DNA of 64,000 bases from Octopus sinensis (lineage: Eukaryota), in NCBI RefSeq assembly GCF_006345805.1, contig NC_042998.1:196540001-196604000 (forward strand), written 5' to 3'. Shown piece by piece: positions 11,604 to 24,306 of this stretch (within the stretch, counting starts at the first letter, position 1; each line of letters starts with the position of its first letter). Under the pieces are notes generated by a model, which was not told the DNA's origin, searched no databases, and worked only from the letters and a program-made list of their open reading frames with translations. The position numbers and the translations under genes were made by a program.

Positions 11604-12950
11604 CATCCTGTGATAATTAGAAATGAGAATCACCATCATATGAGGGATGTTGTGCCTTTCTTGTCTTCCATGGTGAAATATTACCTGGCTTGGGAACAAG
11701 TGAGTGTTGGCAACAGGAAGGGCATCCAGCTGTAAAAATCTACATCAGCAAATTCCATCTAACCCATGCAGACATGGGAAAATGGATGTTGAATGATGGT
11801 GATTGTTCTGTATGCTAGTGTGTTGTTTCTAGTTATTAGATACAATTTAGGCCCTGTATGTTTAGAAATGCATGGCATACTCTAATGGGTTAAAATATGA
11901 GCTTGTAGTTGCTAAAGACAGGTTAAAGATAATATTACAGCACCCCTTCTCCAATGTCAATTGAACAAGAATTTATTTTTAAAGGCTTAATCACAGGAGG
12001 CAGGGAGGTGCTTGCAGCCTGAGATTTCTGGGAGGAAATTATCCCTAAACTGGTGACTCTGCCCAAATGTTACTAAAGACACCCAAGGCCCAGATGGTGG
12101 TTTTGTTAAACTAGCTCCTGCAATTAAGTCTCCTCCCATCTAAGAATTAAAAAAAAAAAAACAGCAAAAATATGTAAAAAGAAGAAAAAAAGAATATATA
12201 TTGCAAAGCAATTTTGAAAATATTGTTCATTCTCAGTATCTCCAACAAGCTAGTTCATGCTGTCAGCAACTCTAGTGTTTGTTCTGTGACTCACAGACAC
12301 ACTCTGCTGCTGTGTGCTTTTTTTCTAGTCTCATATTTCATGTCATCCTTGCATAAAATAGTTGAAGTGGATTCATTAGTCTGTCTGTTGTACAAAGAAT
12401 CTGTTGATGTTGAATTAGACGGAGAAGGGTGTCGAGTTACACAAAAGTAAGGAATACAAAGAATTTTTAGAAATTTTTGTTCAGTAAAATATACACAAAA
12501 GTTTTTCCTAACGCCACCCTCTTGTCTAAAATGTCAGTTACCATATAGCAAGAAACCTGTTCCGCTCTGGCCCATCCCCTCGTAATTTAGCCTCTCATCT
12601 CCTTGCATAAAGACACCTCTCTCAAAGTATGTGGTGTTGCAAGCTGCATGGTAACCCCACTAATGCTGGTGGCACAAAAGGGGGGCCGGGAAAGACCACC
12701 TAGTAAACATTGTAAAGTGGTTGGCAGTAGGAAGGACCCATCTAGCTGTAGAAGCTGAAGTGTAAAGGGCTTCAAGGAAGTCTCTTACCCTTCTTAGCAA
12801 ACAACTCCGAAAAAGAACCCCTCAATCCCTGTCTGGAACTTGTGCAAACCTAAGATACCCTCTACCCTACCCGTTGGTCTGTAGATAGAATACTCCTGGA
12901 CTCATACTTGTGCACATCTGTTCCTAGGTTTGGAGTAAAGATAATTTGCA

Positions 12951-13171
12951 AACATAACATGGCAGTCCTGGTTTAGGACTGATTTTCCTGTAATTTAGCC
13001 CCAGGACACATCGTCTCCAGCTGGCTATATGACATGATCTGTGTCCTTATATTTTCAAACAAAAAAAAAAAATAAGGACACAGATTGTGTCGTATAGCCA
13101 GCTGGAGACGATGTCTCCTTGGGCTAAATTACAGCAACATTCATCCTAAACTAGGACTGCCATGTTATGTT
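12951..13171. mobile_element. Foldback (MITE-like) element, agccccagga/ccagctggcta family
   Basis: Arms of about 100 bp at 12951-13050 and 13072-13171 with an A-rich loop. Confidence 0.85.
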
Positions 13172-14613
13172 GACAAACAATCTTTATTCCAAAGTACTGT
13201 TACTGAAATATCTCTCGATGTGAGATTTACAAATAGTAATTTTCTAAAGAAAGTTTTGCTCAAATCACCTGTTTTGTCTGGTGGTGCATTGTGTCTTTGA
13301 GCAAGACACTTTATTTCATGTTGCTCCAGTCTGCTCAGCTGGCAAAAATGAGTTGTACATGAAATTCAAAGGGCCAGCTTTGTCACATGCAGTGTTATGT
13401 TGAATAATAATCATCATCATCATCGTTTAATGTCCATTTTCCATGCTGGAATGGGTTGGACGGTTTGACTGAAGTCTGGTAAAGCCAGTGGCTGCACCAG
13501 GCTCCAATTTGATCTGGCAATGTTTCTACAGCTGGATGCCCTTCCTAATGCCAAATACAAAATAAAATGCCTTGCCCAAGGACACAATACACCACCTAGG
13601 CCAGAAATTGAACTCATGAACTTAAGGCCATGAGCCCAGCACTTTAATCAATGTGATATTAGTTGAATAAGTTTTTCTGTAGTTGTTTAGCCCCAGGTCA
13701 GCCTTGACCACCTAGGCTATGACCAAAGCTGTTCCTGCTGTAACTATCCCGTCTTTTATTTTCAGACACAGTTTATCAAGGACTGCATTGGCCAAATGCA
13801 GATGGTAGTGTGTAATTTGGGGGAAATTTGGCTACTATTTCTACCAGGTCAAGCAACCAAGCAGAGGCTTTTTTGTAGACTTGTTCTTTAGTTGCATGTC
13901 AATTTTGTCATTAAGCAGTCATCTTTTTACTCTTTTACTTGTTTCAGTCATTTGACTGCGGCCATGCTGGAGCACCGCCTTTAAGTCGAGCAAATCGACT
14001 CCAGGACTTATTCTTTGTAAGCCTAGTACTTATTCTATCGGTCTCTTTTGCCGTACCGCTAAGTTGTAGCGACGTAAACACACCAGCATCAGTTGTCAAG
14101 CGAGGGGGGGGGGCAAACACAGACACGCAAACATACATTTACATATATATGACGGGCTTCTTTCAATTTCCGTCTACCAAATTCACTCACAAGGCTTTGG
14201 TTGGCCCGAGGCTATAGTAGAAGACACTTGCCCAAGGTGCCACGCAGTGGAACTGAACCCAGAACCATGTGGTTGGTAAACAAGCTACTTACCACACAGC
14301 CACTCCTACGCCTATTTTTACACTGTGATTTTTTTTCTTTTTTTTTCTGTCAGACAGGTAGGCAGAGGGTAACATGCATACTCTCTCTCTCTTTTACTCT
14401 TTTACTTGTTTCAGTCATTTGACTGCGGCCATGCTGGAGCACCGCCTTTAGTCGAGCAAATCGACCCCGGGACTTATTCTTTGTAAGCCTAGTACTTATT
14501 CTATCGGTCTCTTTTGCCGAACCGCTAAGTGACGGGGATGTAAACACACCAGCATCGGTTGTCAAGCAATGCTAGGGGGACAAACACAGACACACAAACA
14601 CACACACACACAC

Positions 14614-14644
<31 letters not shown>

Positions 14645-14928
14645 CATATATACGACAGGCTTCTTTCAGTTTCCGTCTACCAAATCCACTCACAAGGCTT
14701 TGGTCGGCCCGAGGCTATAGTAGAAGACACTTGCCCAAGGTGCCACGCAGTGGGACTGAACCCGGAACCATGTGGTTGGTTAGCAAGCTACTTACCACAC
14801 AGCCACTCCTGCGCCTATTTTTATGCTGTGATTCTTTTCTTTTTTTCTTTTTTCTGTCAGACAGGTAGGCAGAGGGTAACATGCATGAAGACTTTACATA
14901 AACAACCTTCTATATCTATTTATTGCAG

Positions 14929-15110
14929 AATCTCATGAACACAATAAACAAAGGAAATTTGTTGACGAAAATGACAAACAGTTTGAAGAAAAGACAAACG
15001 GATCCTTAAGCTGCCAGGTCTCCTACATGTCCCTGGATGTTTTAGCTCAAGTTGCAGCTGATAAGTTACGAGATGATGAAAAATTACGACAGAAATCAAC
15101 ATCTAAAAAG
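14929..15110 (+). CDS. C2H2 zinc-finger gene, first identified coding exon (possible start ATG at 15027, MSLDVLAQVAADKL)
   Basis: Acceptor tattgcag|AA. The frame is open across the exon (SHEHNKQRKF...MSLDVLAQVAADKLRDDEKLRQKSTSKK). Donor AAG|gtttct, phase 0, matches the next exon. Upstream exons not identified. Confidence 0.7.
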
Positions 15111-15231
15111 GTTTCTAATTTGATTTTATTCATTTGTGAAGTGATTTCAATTAGGAGGAGGACCAGAGGGGGCTCCTGGCCCTCACAGACTCTCTGAGAC
15201 TAGTTTGATTGTTGTGATTTAATGATTTTAA

Positions 15232-15450
15232 CCCTTGAGTATTTAAACCGGCCATATCCGGCCAAAATAGTTAATCTGTTTTATGTTCAAACTGACCGGA
15301 TCCAGGCTCTCGCACCTACCCTACAATGTTATTCTACATTAAGTAATTACACCATCAAGCTCTTGAAGATATGAGATAATGCGTGATTAATTGAAATCAA
15401 TGGGAATCAATAGGTATTATGTTTGGTTGAATAATCTGAACACTAAAGGG
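15232..15450. mobile_element. piggyBac-type MITE (TTAA|CCC...GGG|TTAA)
   Basis: TTAA on both sides and CCC/GGG termini. Same family as 37048-37269 and 38305-38527. Confidence 0.8.
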
Positions 15451-17322
15451 TTAATGTTGTTTGATGAGACTGGTTTTAGTTCTTCTATATTTTGACTGAA
15501 CATAAATGTAAAAAAAAACTATAAATTGTCAAAAAAACACATAAGGCAGCTGAATGAATTGCATTTCTTATATTATTTAAGCACCCACTACACTCTCAGA
15601 GTGGTTGGCATTAGGAAGGGCATCCAGCTGTAGAAACTCTGCCAGTAACTGGCTTCCGTGCCGGTGGCATGTAAAAGGCACCATTCGAGTGTGATTGTTA
15701 CCAGCATTGCCTTATTGGCAACTGTGCCGGTGGCACGTGTAAAAAGATTCGAGCGAGGTCGTTGCCAGTACTGCCTGACTGGCTCCTGTGACGGTGGCAC
15801 ATAAAAGCACACACTACACTCTCAGAGTGGTTGATGTTAGGAAGGGCATCCAGCTGTAGAAACTCTGCCAGATCAAGATTGGAGCCTGGTGCAATCATCT
15901 GGTTCGCCAGCCCTCAGTCAAAATCGTCCAACCCATGCTAGCATGGAAAGCGGACATTAAACGATGATGATGATGATTTACATTTGATGGATATTTGTCC
16001 TCATCTTGTTTGTTGTTAACACAATTCAGCTGATGTACTCTCCAGCCTTCATCAGGTGTCTTGGGGGAATTTCAAACCTGGGTTCGACAAATATCCATCA
16101 AATGTAAATAATGTCTCATCTCTCAAATATCGAACTGAATTGTAATTTGTGTCAAGGAAATAAGATAACAGGCTGGTGGAATCGTTAGCACACCAGACAA
16201 AGTGCTCAGCAGCATTTCCTCTGTCTTTATGTTCTGAGTTCAAATTCTGACACAGACTGCTTTTCCTTTCGTCCTTTTGGGATCAATAAGATATACTCCA
16301 GTTGAGCTCTGGGGTCAATGAAATCAACCCCGCCTTCATAATTGCTGGCCTTGTGCCAGAATTTGAAACTGATATGTGTCAAGGAAATAGATACCATCAT
16401 GATCATCATTTACAGCCTGCATTCCATGCTGCCATGGGCTGGATGCTTGACAGGATTCGACTAGCTTAAGGGCTGCTTTGGTCTCTGGTGGTGTCTGCTT
16501 TGGCAGCTGAATGTCTTTCTCATGCTTACCACTTTACAGAGTGTACTGGGTGCTTTTTTTTTGTGTGGTGACTTGGGAGACAAAACCTCAACTGAGTGAA
16601 GGTTGCTGTATTTGGAGAGGTACCTTTGAGCCAGGCTTAGAAAGGTTAAAGTAGGAAAGAGAGGCAGGAATAAGTGTTTTGCTGTAGAGGAGATGTATAA
16701 CTACACCATATATCTCTTCAATGCTGTGTGTGTGTATGAGATCATAGTCATGGCTGATGCAAGTCTAGCATAACTGGCCTGTTTAAAAGTACCCTTCAAT
16801 TGTCGGGTAATATGCTATGCATAAGATCTGTTGAGTCAAGTGATGTCGTGGCCGATGCCAGTGCAGCCTGACTGGCACCTGTGCCAGTTGCACGTAAAAG
16901 ATACCAGTTGAGCGTGGTCGATGCCAGTGCCACCTGACTGGCTCCTGTGTTGGTGGCACGGGAAAAACACCATTTGAGTGTGGTCGATTCCAATGCTGCC
17001 TGACTGGCTCTTATGCTGGTGGCACGAAAAAAGCACCCACTACACTCTTGGAATGGTTGGCTTAGGAAAGGTATCCAGCTGTAGAAACCTTGCCAGATGA
17101 GACTGGACCCTGGTGTAGCCTCCTAGTTTGCCAGTCCTCAATCACTCCAACCCATGCCTGCATGAAAATCAGATGTTAAACAATGGTGATGATGAATTGA
17201 AAGATCGGCTGTGTATTACAAAAGAAATATTTTGTAACAGAACGGTTAAAGCTCTTTAGTAAAGAATTATTTCATTTCAATAAATGTTTAAAATCTCTAT
17301 TTTTCTCATTTTCCTTCCACAG

Positions 17323-17578
17323 ATTTCAAAACGCAGCATTCAGTGCCTTGATATTTTAAACCTTGAGCAAATCCAATCACTCTCAGATAAAACCTTGCTT
17401 AATCTCTTCTCCGAAATCACATGCAACGAGATGACTCGGAACTTTACATATCAGTGTTATTTAATACCAGAAAAGTGCCAAGAAAAATTTACGAGTTTTG
17501 GAAATGAAACGAAAGCAAAAATGCACATGAAACAACATTTAATCAACCATATCGACCAGCTAGTGTACGAAGCAAATG
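17323..17578 (+). CDS. C2H2 zinc-finger gene, exon with an atypical N-terminal finger
   Basis: Acceptor ttccttccacag|ATT. Encodes ISKRSIQC...YQCYLIPEKCQEKFTSFGNETKAKMHMKQHLINH...YEAN. Donor G|gtatga, phase 1. Confidence 0.85.
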
Positions 17579-18455
17579 GTATGATAAATTTCATGATAAA
17601 TTTGGATTTTATTTATGTTTTGACTGTTTCATATCAGTAATTCAGTTTTTATTATCATAAGTTTTGTTTTCAAGAATTAAATAGCATTAATTTAGCTCTA
17701 TTTTAGAGTATTGAGCACATGGTGTAGACATGGCTGTGTGGTTAAGAGGTTCAGTTACCAACCACATGATTTTAGGTTCAGTCCCCTTTGTGATTTTGTG
17801 GCGCCTTAGGCAGATGTCTTTTGTTATTATTCCAGGTCAACCAAATCCTTGTGAATGGCGCTGGTGAATGGAAACCGCATGATGCCTAGTGTGTGTGTGT
17901 TTGTGTGTCCTTATTTTGTCATTGCACCATAGTTGTAAACAAATATCACTGTTGTACATTCTGTGTCATTTATTTGCAATCTTCAGTGAAAACATGTCCA
18001 GCCATTGTGCTGTTTGCGCATAAAGGTCCAAGAGAAATATTGCCTTGCTTGGAAACAAGTGAGAGTTGACTACCTGAAGGGCATCATCATCATCATCATC
18101 ATCGTTTAACGTCCATTTCCCATGCTAGCATGGGTTGGACGAGGAGGCTGCACCAGGCTCCAGTCTGATCTGGCAGTGTTTCTACAGCTGGATGCCTTTC
18201 CTAGTGCCAACCACTCCGTGAGTGTAGTGGGTGCTTTTTATGTGCCAGAGGAGACTGGCAGTGGCCACAATCAGTTGGTGCTTTTTACGTGCCATAAAAC
18301 ATCTACCTCACCTGGCCATAAAACATCTACCTCAATGAATTTCGCCTGACCCATGGACATTAAAATCGAGGAGGAGGAAATTAAATATACTGCAATTCAA
18401 GCTTGATGAAACTGCTTTTAAATATTTTCCATTTGTTTTATTTTTAAACTTACAG

Positions 18456-18524
18456 ATCCAGAAAGGAAATACCGATTTATATTTACTGCTGAACCAGTTC
18501 ATGTCCGCAAAAGGAAATTATCTG
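18456..18524 (+). CDS. C2H2 zinc-finger gene, 69-nt exon
   Basis: Acceptor aaacttacag|AT. Encodes DPERKYRFIFTAEPVHVRKRKLS. Donor G|gtaaag. Phase 1 in and out, matching both neighbours. Confidence 0.8.
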
Positions 18525-19319
18525 GTAAAGTTACAGTTTAATTTTTGATGAAATATATTCTCAAAAAGGCGGCGAGCTGGCAGAAACGTTAGCACGCCAG
18601 GCGAAATGCTTAGCGGTATTTTGTCTGCCGCTACGTTCTGAGTTCAAATTCCGCCGAGGTTGACTTTGCCTTTCATCCTTTCGGGGTCGATAAATTAAGT
18701 ACCAGTTATGCACTGGGGTCGATGTAATCGACTTAATACCTATGTCTGTCCTTGTTCGTCCCCTCTATGTTTAGCCCCTTGTGGGTAATAAAGAAATAGG
18801 TATTTTGTCTGTCGTTATGTTGTGAGTTCAAATTCCGCCGAGTTCGACTTTGCCTTTCATCCTTTTGGGGTCAATAAATAAAGTACCAGTTTCGCACTGG
18901 GGTCGATGTAATCGACTTGATCCCTTTGTCTGTCCTTGTTTGTCCCATCATCATCATCGTTTAGCGTCCGCTTTCCATGCTAGCATGGGTTGGACAATAT
19001 GTCCCCTCTATGTTTAACCCCTTGTGGGTAGTAAAGAAATATATATTCTCAAATTATATTTTCTTCTACAGTGAATTCCTGTGGCCTTGTGGTTAGGGTG
19101 TTGCGCTTACGATCGCTAGATCATGTGTTCAGTTCCTGAACTGATCCACATGTTGTGTTCTTGAGCAGATCATTTCATTTCATGTTGCTCCAGTCCACTC
19201 AGAAGTAAATGGGTTTCCATGTGATGGACTGGCTTTCCTGTCGGTGGAAATGTTGGTCCACTTGCCGAGCCACTGGGGTGTTGTCTGAAAGCTAAAATGA
19301 TGCAAAGTATAACGACATC

Positions 19320-19654
19320 CACAATCATCATCGTCCTCAACACTGTAACCCTTATCATCATCGTCACTGCCATAACATCATCACTGTTATATCACCACTA
19401 TCATCATCAGTCATAACATCACCATCATCATCACCACCATCATCATCATCACCACCACCACCATCACACCACCACCATCACCACCACCATCACCACCACC
19501 ATCACCACCACCATCACCACCACCACCACCACCACCACCACCACCACCATCATCACCACCATCACCACCACCACCACCATCATCATCACCACCACCACCA
19601 TCATCACAGTCATCATCACCATTGTCACCATCACTGCCATCATCACCACCACCA
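19320..19654. repeat. Degenerate (CAT)n/(CAC)n triplet tract in a zinc-finger gene intron
   Basis: Directly visible. Ends about 85 nt before the 19741 acceptor. Confidence 0.95.
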
Positions 19655-19740
19655 TTCTACTAAAGTATTTTTGTGTGTTCCAGTTACTGTAAGTGTATGA
19701 GAATTAATGCAGTATTTTTTTTTTCTTTTTTAATTAACAG

Positions 19741-20517
19741 AAGAAAAAGCTAAAAAGAAGAGATCAACAAACTATGTGAATTGCAATCCTCTCAACGGGA
19801 GTAACATCAACTGCAGCAAGAACATTAAAACTTTCACGAATCTAAAAGCAACCAAAGAAATTAGTCGAGAAAACAAGATGCCAACCCCGAAGAGGAATGC
19901 TGTTGATATGAACGGACCAGTGAGGTCGACAAGAAAAAATAATCTGTCTGAGAGAGAGATAAAACAATCAAACGAGACTGTAAAAAATGTTAGTTCTCCC
20001 AAAAAAGTTATGGCACAGCATAACCTTAACAAAGAGACAAAACTTAAAAAGTCCCCTAAATGTAAAACCAAAAGGGTTTCTTCCAAATCTGTTCTTTTAG
20101 CGAATGAAGATGAATTAAAATTTGTAAGCCCGCAAGTTGTAGACGAAGCAGCTAAAAATGAGGAAGGAAACAGTGCTTCTAGAAAAGACATTGTCAAGAA
20201 GATTGACCGAAATAATGAAGAATTTATTTTAGATTTGTTAAAGAATACTCACCCACACCACGATCATTGTTACACAACGATATCTGGTAAGAAATGTCTT
20301 GTTGAGACATGTTCTGTCTATTCAGACAATGAAGAGGACAATTCCAGCAATCACTCAGCAGACGTAGAAGACAGTTCTACATTGGATAGCAGACCATTAT
20401 TGCCAATATTGGAATTAGATTTTTGCAGTGAAGATATACCTTCAGTGGCCTCTGAAGAGATTGTGGACAGTTCGTTGTTGACTGAGGATGAGGACTCTTT
20501 GGGTCATTGCGGATATA
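19741..20517 (+). CDS. C2H2 zinc-finger gene, 777-nt low-complexity basic then acidic exon
   Basis: Poly-T acceptor ttaacag|AA, in frame with track ORF 19776..20615. Donor A|gtatgt. Phase 1/1. Confidence 0.85.
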
Positions 20518-22334
20518 GTATGTTGTTTGTTTTTTTTTTATCTTTTTTCTTTGTATCTTTTATCTATTATCTGTTTCAGTCGTTGAACTGTGGTCATGCT
20601 GGGGCACTACCTTGAACAAACAACACTAGTAAATATTTTTAAAAGTCCGGCATTTATTTTCACTCAGCCTCTTTTGCTGAACTGCTAAGTTAAGGGGGAT
20701 ATAAACAAACCAACACCAATCACCAAGCGGTGTGTGGGGACAAAGACACACACATACATATGATTGGTTTCCACAGTGTAGTTCATAAAGCATTGGTTGG
20801 CCTGGGGCCATAGTAGAAGACACTTGCCCAAAGTGTCATGCTGTGGGATGGAACCCAAAGCCATATGGTTGCAAAGTGAGATTCTTAACCACTCAGCCAT
20901 GCTTGAATCTGTAATTTTATAGAAATTCGACAAAATATGTTGAATTGGGAAGATTTCAGTTTTTTTATTGTTATCAACTGAATTCAAATTTGCAGTTAAT
21001 TTCATAAAAGTAATCTTATGATATTGTAAAGTATATCTGCCACCTAAATGTGGAAGTCCCATAGAGGACAATGCTACTGTTGTTTATAACCCCAGGAAGG
21101 CATCTCTTCCAACTAGCTAACGACACACTGTGTCTGATTAATATTTGTGAAGGGACATCATCATTCTCATCTCTAGCCTCACTAGGTGGCAAATATACTT
21201 CACGGTTCCTTGCTGCTACTGTTTACTTCTTGCTCAGAGATTTAATTTTGTGATATTAACCAAATCCAAAAACGAAATGTACTAAAAACGAAAATCAAAT
21301 AAATAGTTGGTTTCTTAAATTTCTGTGAAAATGTGGAGAAAAATGAGAAAATATAGATTTTAAGCATACATAATATAATTTGGTGCCACATAAAAAGCAC
21401 CCAGTCCACTCTGTAAAGTGGTTGAAGTTATGAATGGCATCCAGCTGCAGAAGCCTTACCAAAACAGACCAAGGAACCTGGTGTAGCCCTCTGGCTTGCC
21501 AGCTCCTGTCGAACCATCCAAACCTTGCCAGCTCTCTTTACTCTCTTTTACTTGTTTCAGTCATTTGACTGCGGCCATGCTGGAGCACCGCCTTTAGTCG
21601 AGCAAATCGACCCCGGGACTTATTCTTTGTAAGCCCAGTACTTATTCTATCGGTCTCTTTTGCTGAACCGCTAAGTGACGGGGACGTAAACACACCAGCA
21701 TCGGTCGTCAAGCAATGCTAGGGGGACAAACAGACACACAAACACACACACACATACATATATATACATATATACATATATACGACAGGCTTCTTTCAGT
21801 TTCCGTCTACCAAATCCACTCACAAGGCATTGGTCGACCCGGGGCTATAGCAGAAGACACTTGCCCAAGATGCCACGCAGTGGGACTGAACCCGGAACCA
21901 TGTGGTTGGTTAGCAAGCTACTTACCACACAGCCACTCCAGCATTCAGCGTGGAAAACGGATGTTAAATGATGATAGTAATATTCATCATCATCATCATC
22001 ATTTAACATCCATTGTCCATGCTGGCATGGATTGGACAGTTTGACCAGGGCTGGTAAGCTGGGAGGCTGCACCAGACTCCAGTCTCATTTGGCATGGCTT
22101 TCTACGGCTGGATGCCCTCCCTAACGCCAACCACTCTGAGAGTGTAATGGGTGCTTTTACGTGCCACTGGCATGAGTGCCATTTGTGTGACACCAGTATC
22201 TGCCACGACTGCAATTTTGGGTCTTCTTCTCAAGCATACTCTGCTTGATGGGTCTTCTTATAATAATAATAATATAGTATAACAGATATAGTATATTTTA
22301 ATTGTTACATTGTGGGAGTTTTGGTAAAAGATGA

Positions 22335-22367
<33 letters not shown>

Positions 22368-24139
22368 CATCTTCATCGTTGTCATTTTTCTTGTTCACTT
22401 TTCCATGTTTGCATGGGTTGGACGAGCTGTTGTTGAGACAGAATTCTATGGCTAAATGCTCCCCCTGGTACCAATCATCACGTTTCCAAGTTGTCATCAT
22501 CATTATCAGAGGATTGTAAACAAGCAACACTGATTTTATTTTTTATGACTGGTGATACTTTAACAAGGGGAATGTACTTTCACTTATGTATGTGTGCACA
22601 TAGTCTCTCTCTCTTTTGGTTGGATGCCCTTTCTAATGCCAACCACTCCATGAGTAAAAAACACCCATTACACTCTTGGAGTGGTTGGCATTAGGATGGG
22701 CATCCAACTATAGAAACCATGCTAAATGAAACTGGAACTTGGCGCAGCTTGCCAGTTTTAGTTAAACCATCTAACCCATGCCATCATGGAATTTTATTTG
22801 TGGGTTAACAAGGCAACCAATGGTTTCATGTGAAGAAATCTTCACAATTGTTCAAGCATGTCACATGGAAGTGTTGGTACTTGTCTACCATTCACAAGAA
22901 ATTGGTTAACCCATGGCTATAAACAGGACATTAATTGACCATGTCCTCACAGTGCGAGTCAACCCCAAACCACATGTTTGTCCATAACTTTTTGGGGGCC
23001 TACTTATATACGAGAAGTTGATGCAGTTGACATCAGGCTAGAATTTCTGCAGGTTGATGCACATATGGAATGCATGGATAGAGAGCGAGTGCCTGGTATT
23101 TATACTTTCCATGAAGGAAAGATTGGTAAAATGTTTGGCAGAGATTTTTAAAAATCAGGCACTGTAAGGATGAAGGGAAGAGGGAAAGGGTTACCTTGTG
23201 TTGGTACTTTAAAATCAGTGATGTCGTCATCATCATCCCTATGATTTAACATCTGTTTTCCATGCTGGCATGGGTTGGATGGTTTCACGGAAGCTGGGAA
23301 GGTCAGGAGCCATGCCAGGTTCTATTGTCTGTTTTGGCATGGTTTCTACAGCTGGATGCCCTCCCTATTGTCAATCACTTTGCAGAGTGTACTGGGTGCT
23401 TTTTACATGGCACCTTCATCAGTGCTTTTTATGTGGCACTAGCATCAACAGGGTTTCCCTGGTACCTTGCATGTCAAAAACCCCTGAGCTGGGATTAGAG
23501 AGATTCAAGGTATAAATATCTTCCTGAAGAGTAGGTACATGGATGTCCCTATATTTATGCGTATATGATATACACACATACAGATGTGTGGTGGGGGGGA
23601 GTTTGTGTGAATTTGTGTATGTGAATAAAATCAAATGGAAATTGTAGTTAAGATACCTGTGCTGATGACACATTAAAAGCACCATCCGAACGTGGCAGAT
23701 GCCAGCGCCACCTGACTGGCATCTGTGTTGGTGACATATAAAAGCACCAACCGATCATGGCCGTTTGCCGGCCTCCTCCGACCCCTGTGCCGGTGGCACG
23801 TAAAAAGCACCTACTACAATCACGGAGTGGTTGGTGTTAGGAAGGGCATCCAGCTATAGAAACACTGCTAGATCAGACTGGGCCTGGTGCAGCCTCCTGG
23901 CTTCCCAGACCCCAGTCGAACCATCCAACCCATGCTAGCATGGAAAGCAGATGTTGAACGATGATGATAATGTATGTCAGAGTGGAACATGCTTCGTTTA
24001 GGTGTGTTCTATAACTGATGTAAGTATATTTGTGTACAGTATATGTGCTATGTACCTGGGTATATGTGTGAGTGTGTATTCAACTCTCTATGCCAGACTA
24101 TTCTAACGATGATAATCCTGAGTTTTTGTTTGTATTCAG

Positions 24140-24306
24140 AACCATATCCCCCTATGCCAAAATCAGCTTTAGCCAAAAAAGGAAAACTACAGGTGCCAGA
24201 AGAAAATGAATCCCTTAGTGAAGGAGAAGCTGTGGAATATAATACCCCTTGCCCTAAGAAGAAGAAGAAAGATTTTGAGAAGAATACAGCTGCTGAATTA
24301 GAAAGG
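24140..24306 (+). CDS. C2H2 zinc-finger gene, exon with basic NLS-like PKKKKK
   Basis: Acceptor tgtattcag|AA. Encodes KPYPPMPKSALAKKGK...TAAELER. Donor AGG|gtaagt, phase 0. Confidence 0.85.

Noticed and set aside
12214-12450. ORF with acceptor ttttctag and donor aa|gtaagg as a possible upstream coding exon of the zinc-finger gene
   Set aside because: Its only open frame ends in phase 2, whereas exon 14929 needs phase 1. It may be a 5' UTR exon, but nothing supports coding.
13939-14217. Recurrent short ORFs containing SFDCGHAGAPP, TCPRCHAVGLNPEPCGW or LQLDALPNANHS throughout the track
   Set aside because: Translations of the abundant SINE and RTE-tail repeats, not a protein family.
19464-19655. 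Poly-Val/Met ORF on - and poly-His/Thr/Pro frames on +
   Set aside because: Intronic triplet repeat with no compatible splice sites linking it to the gene.
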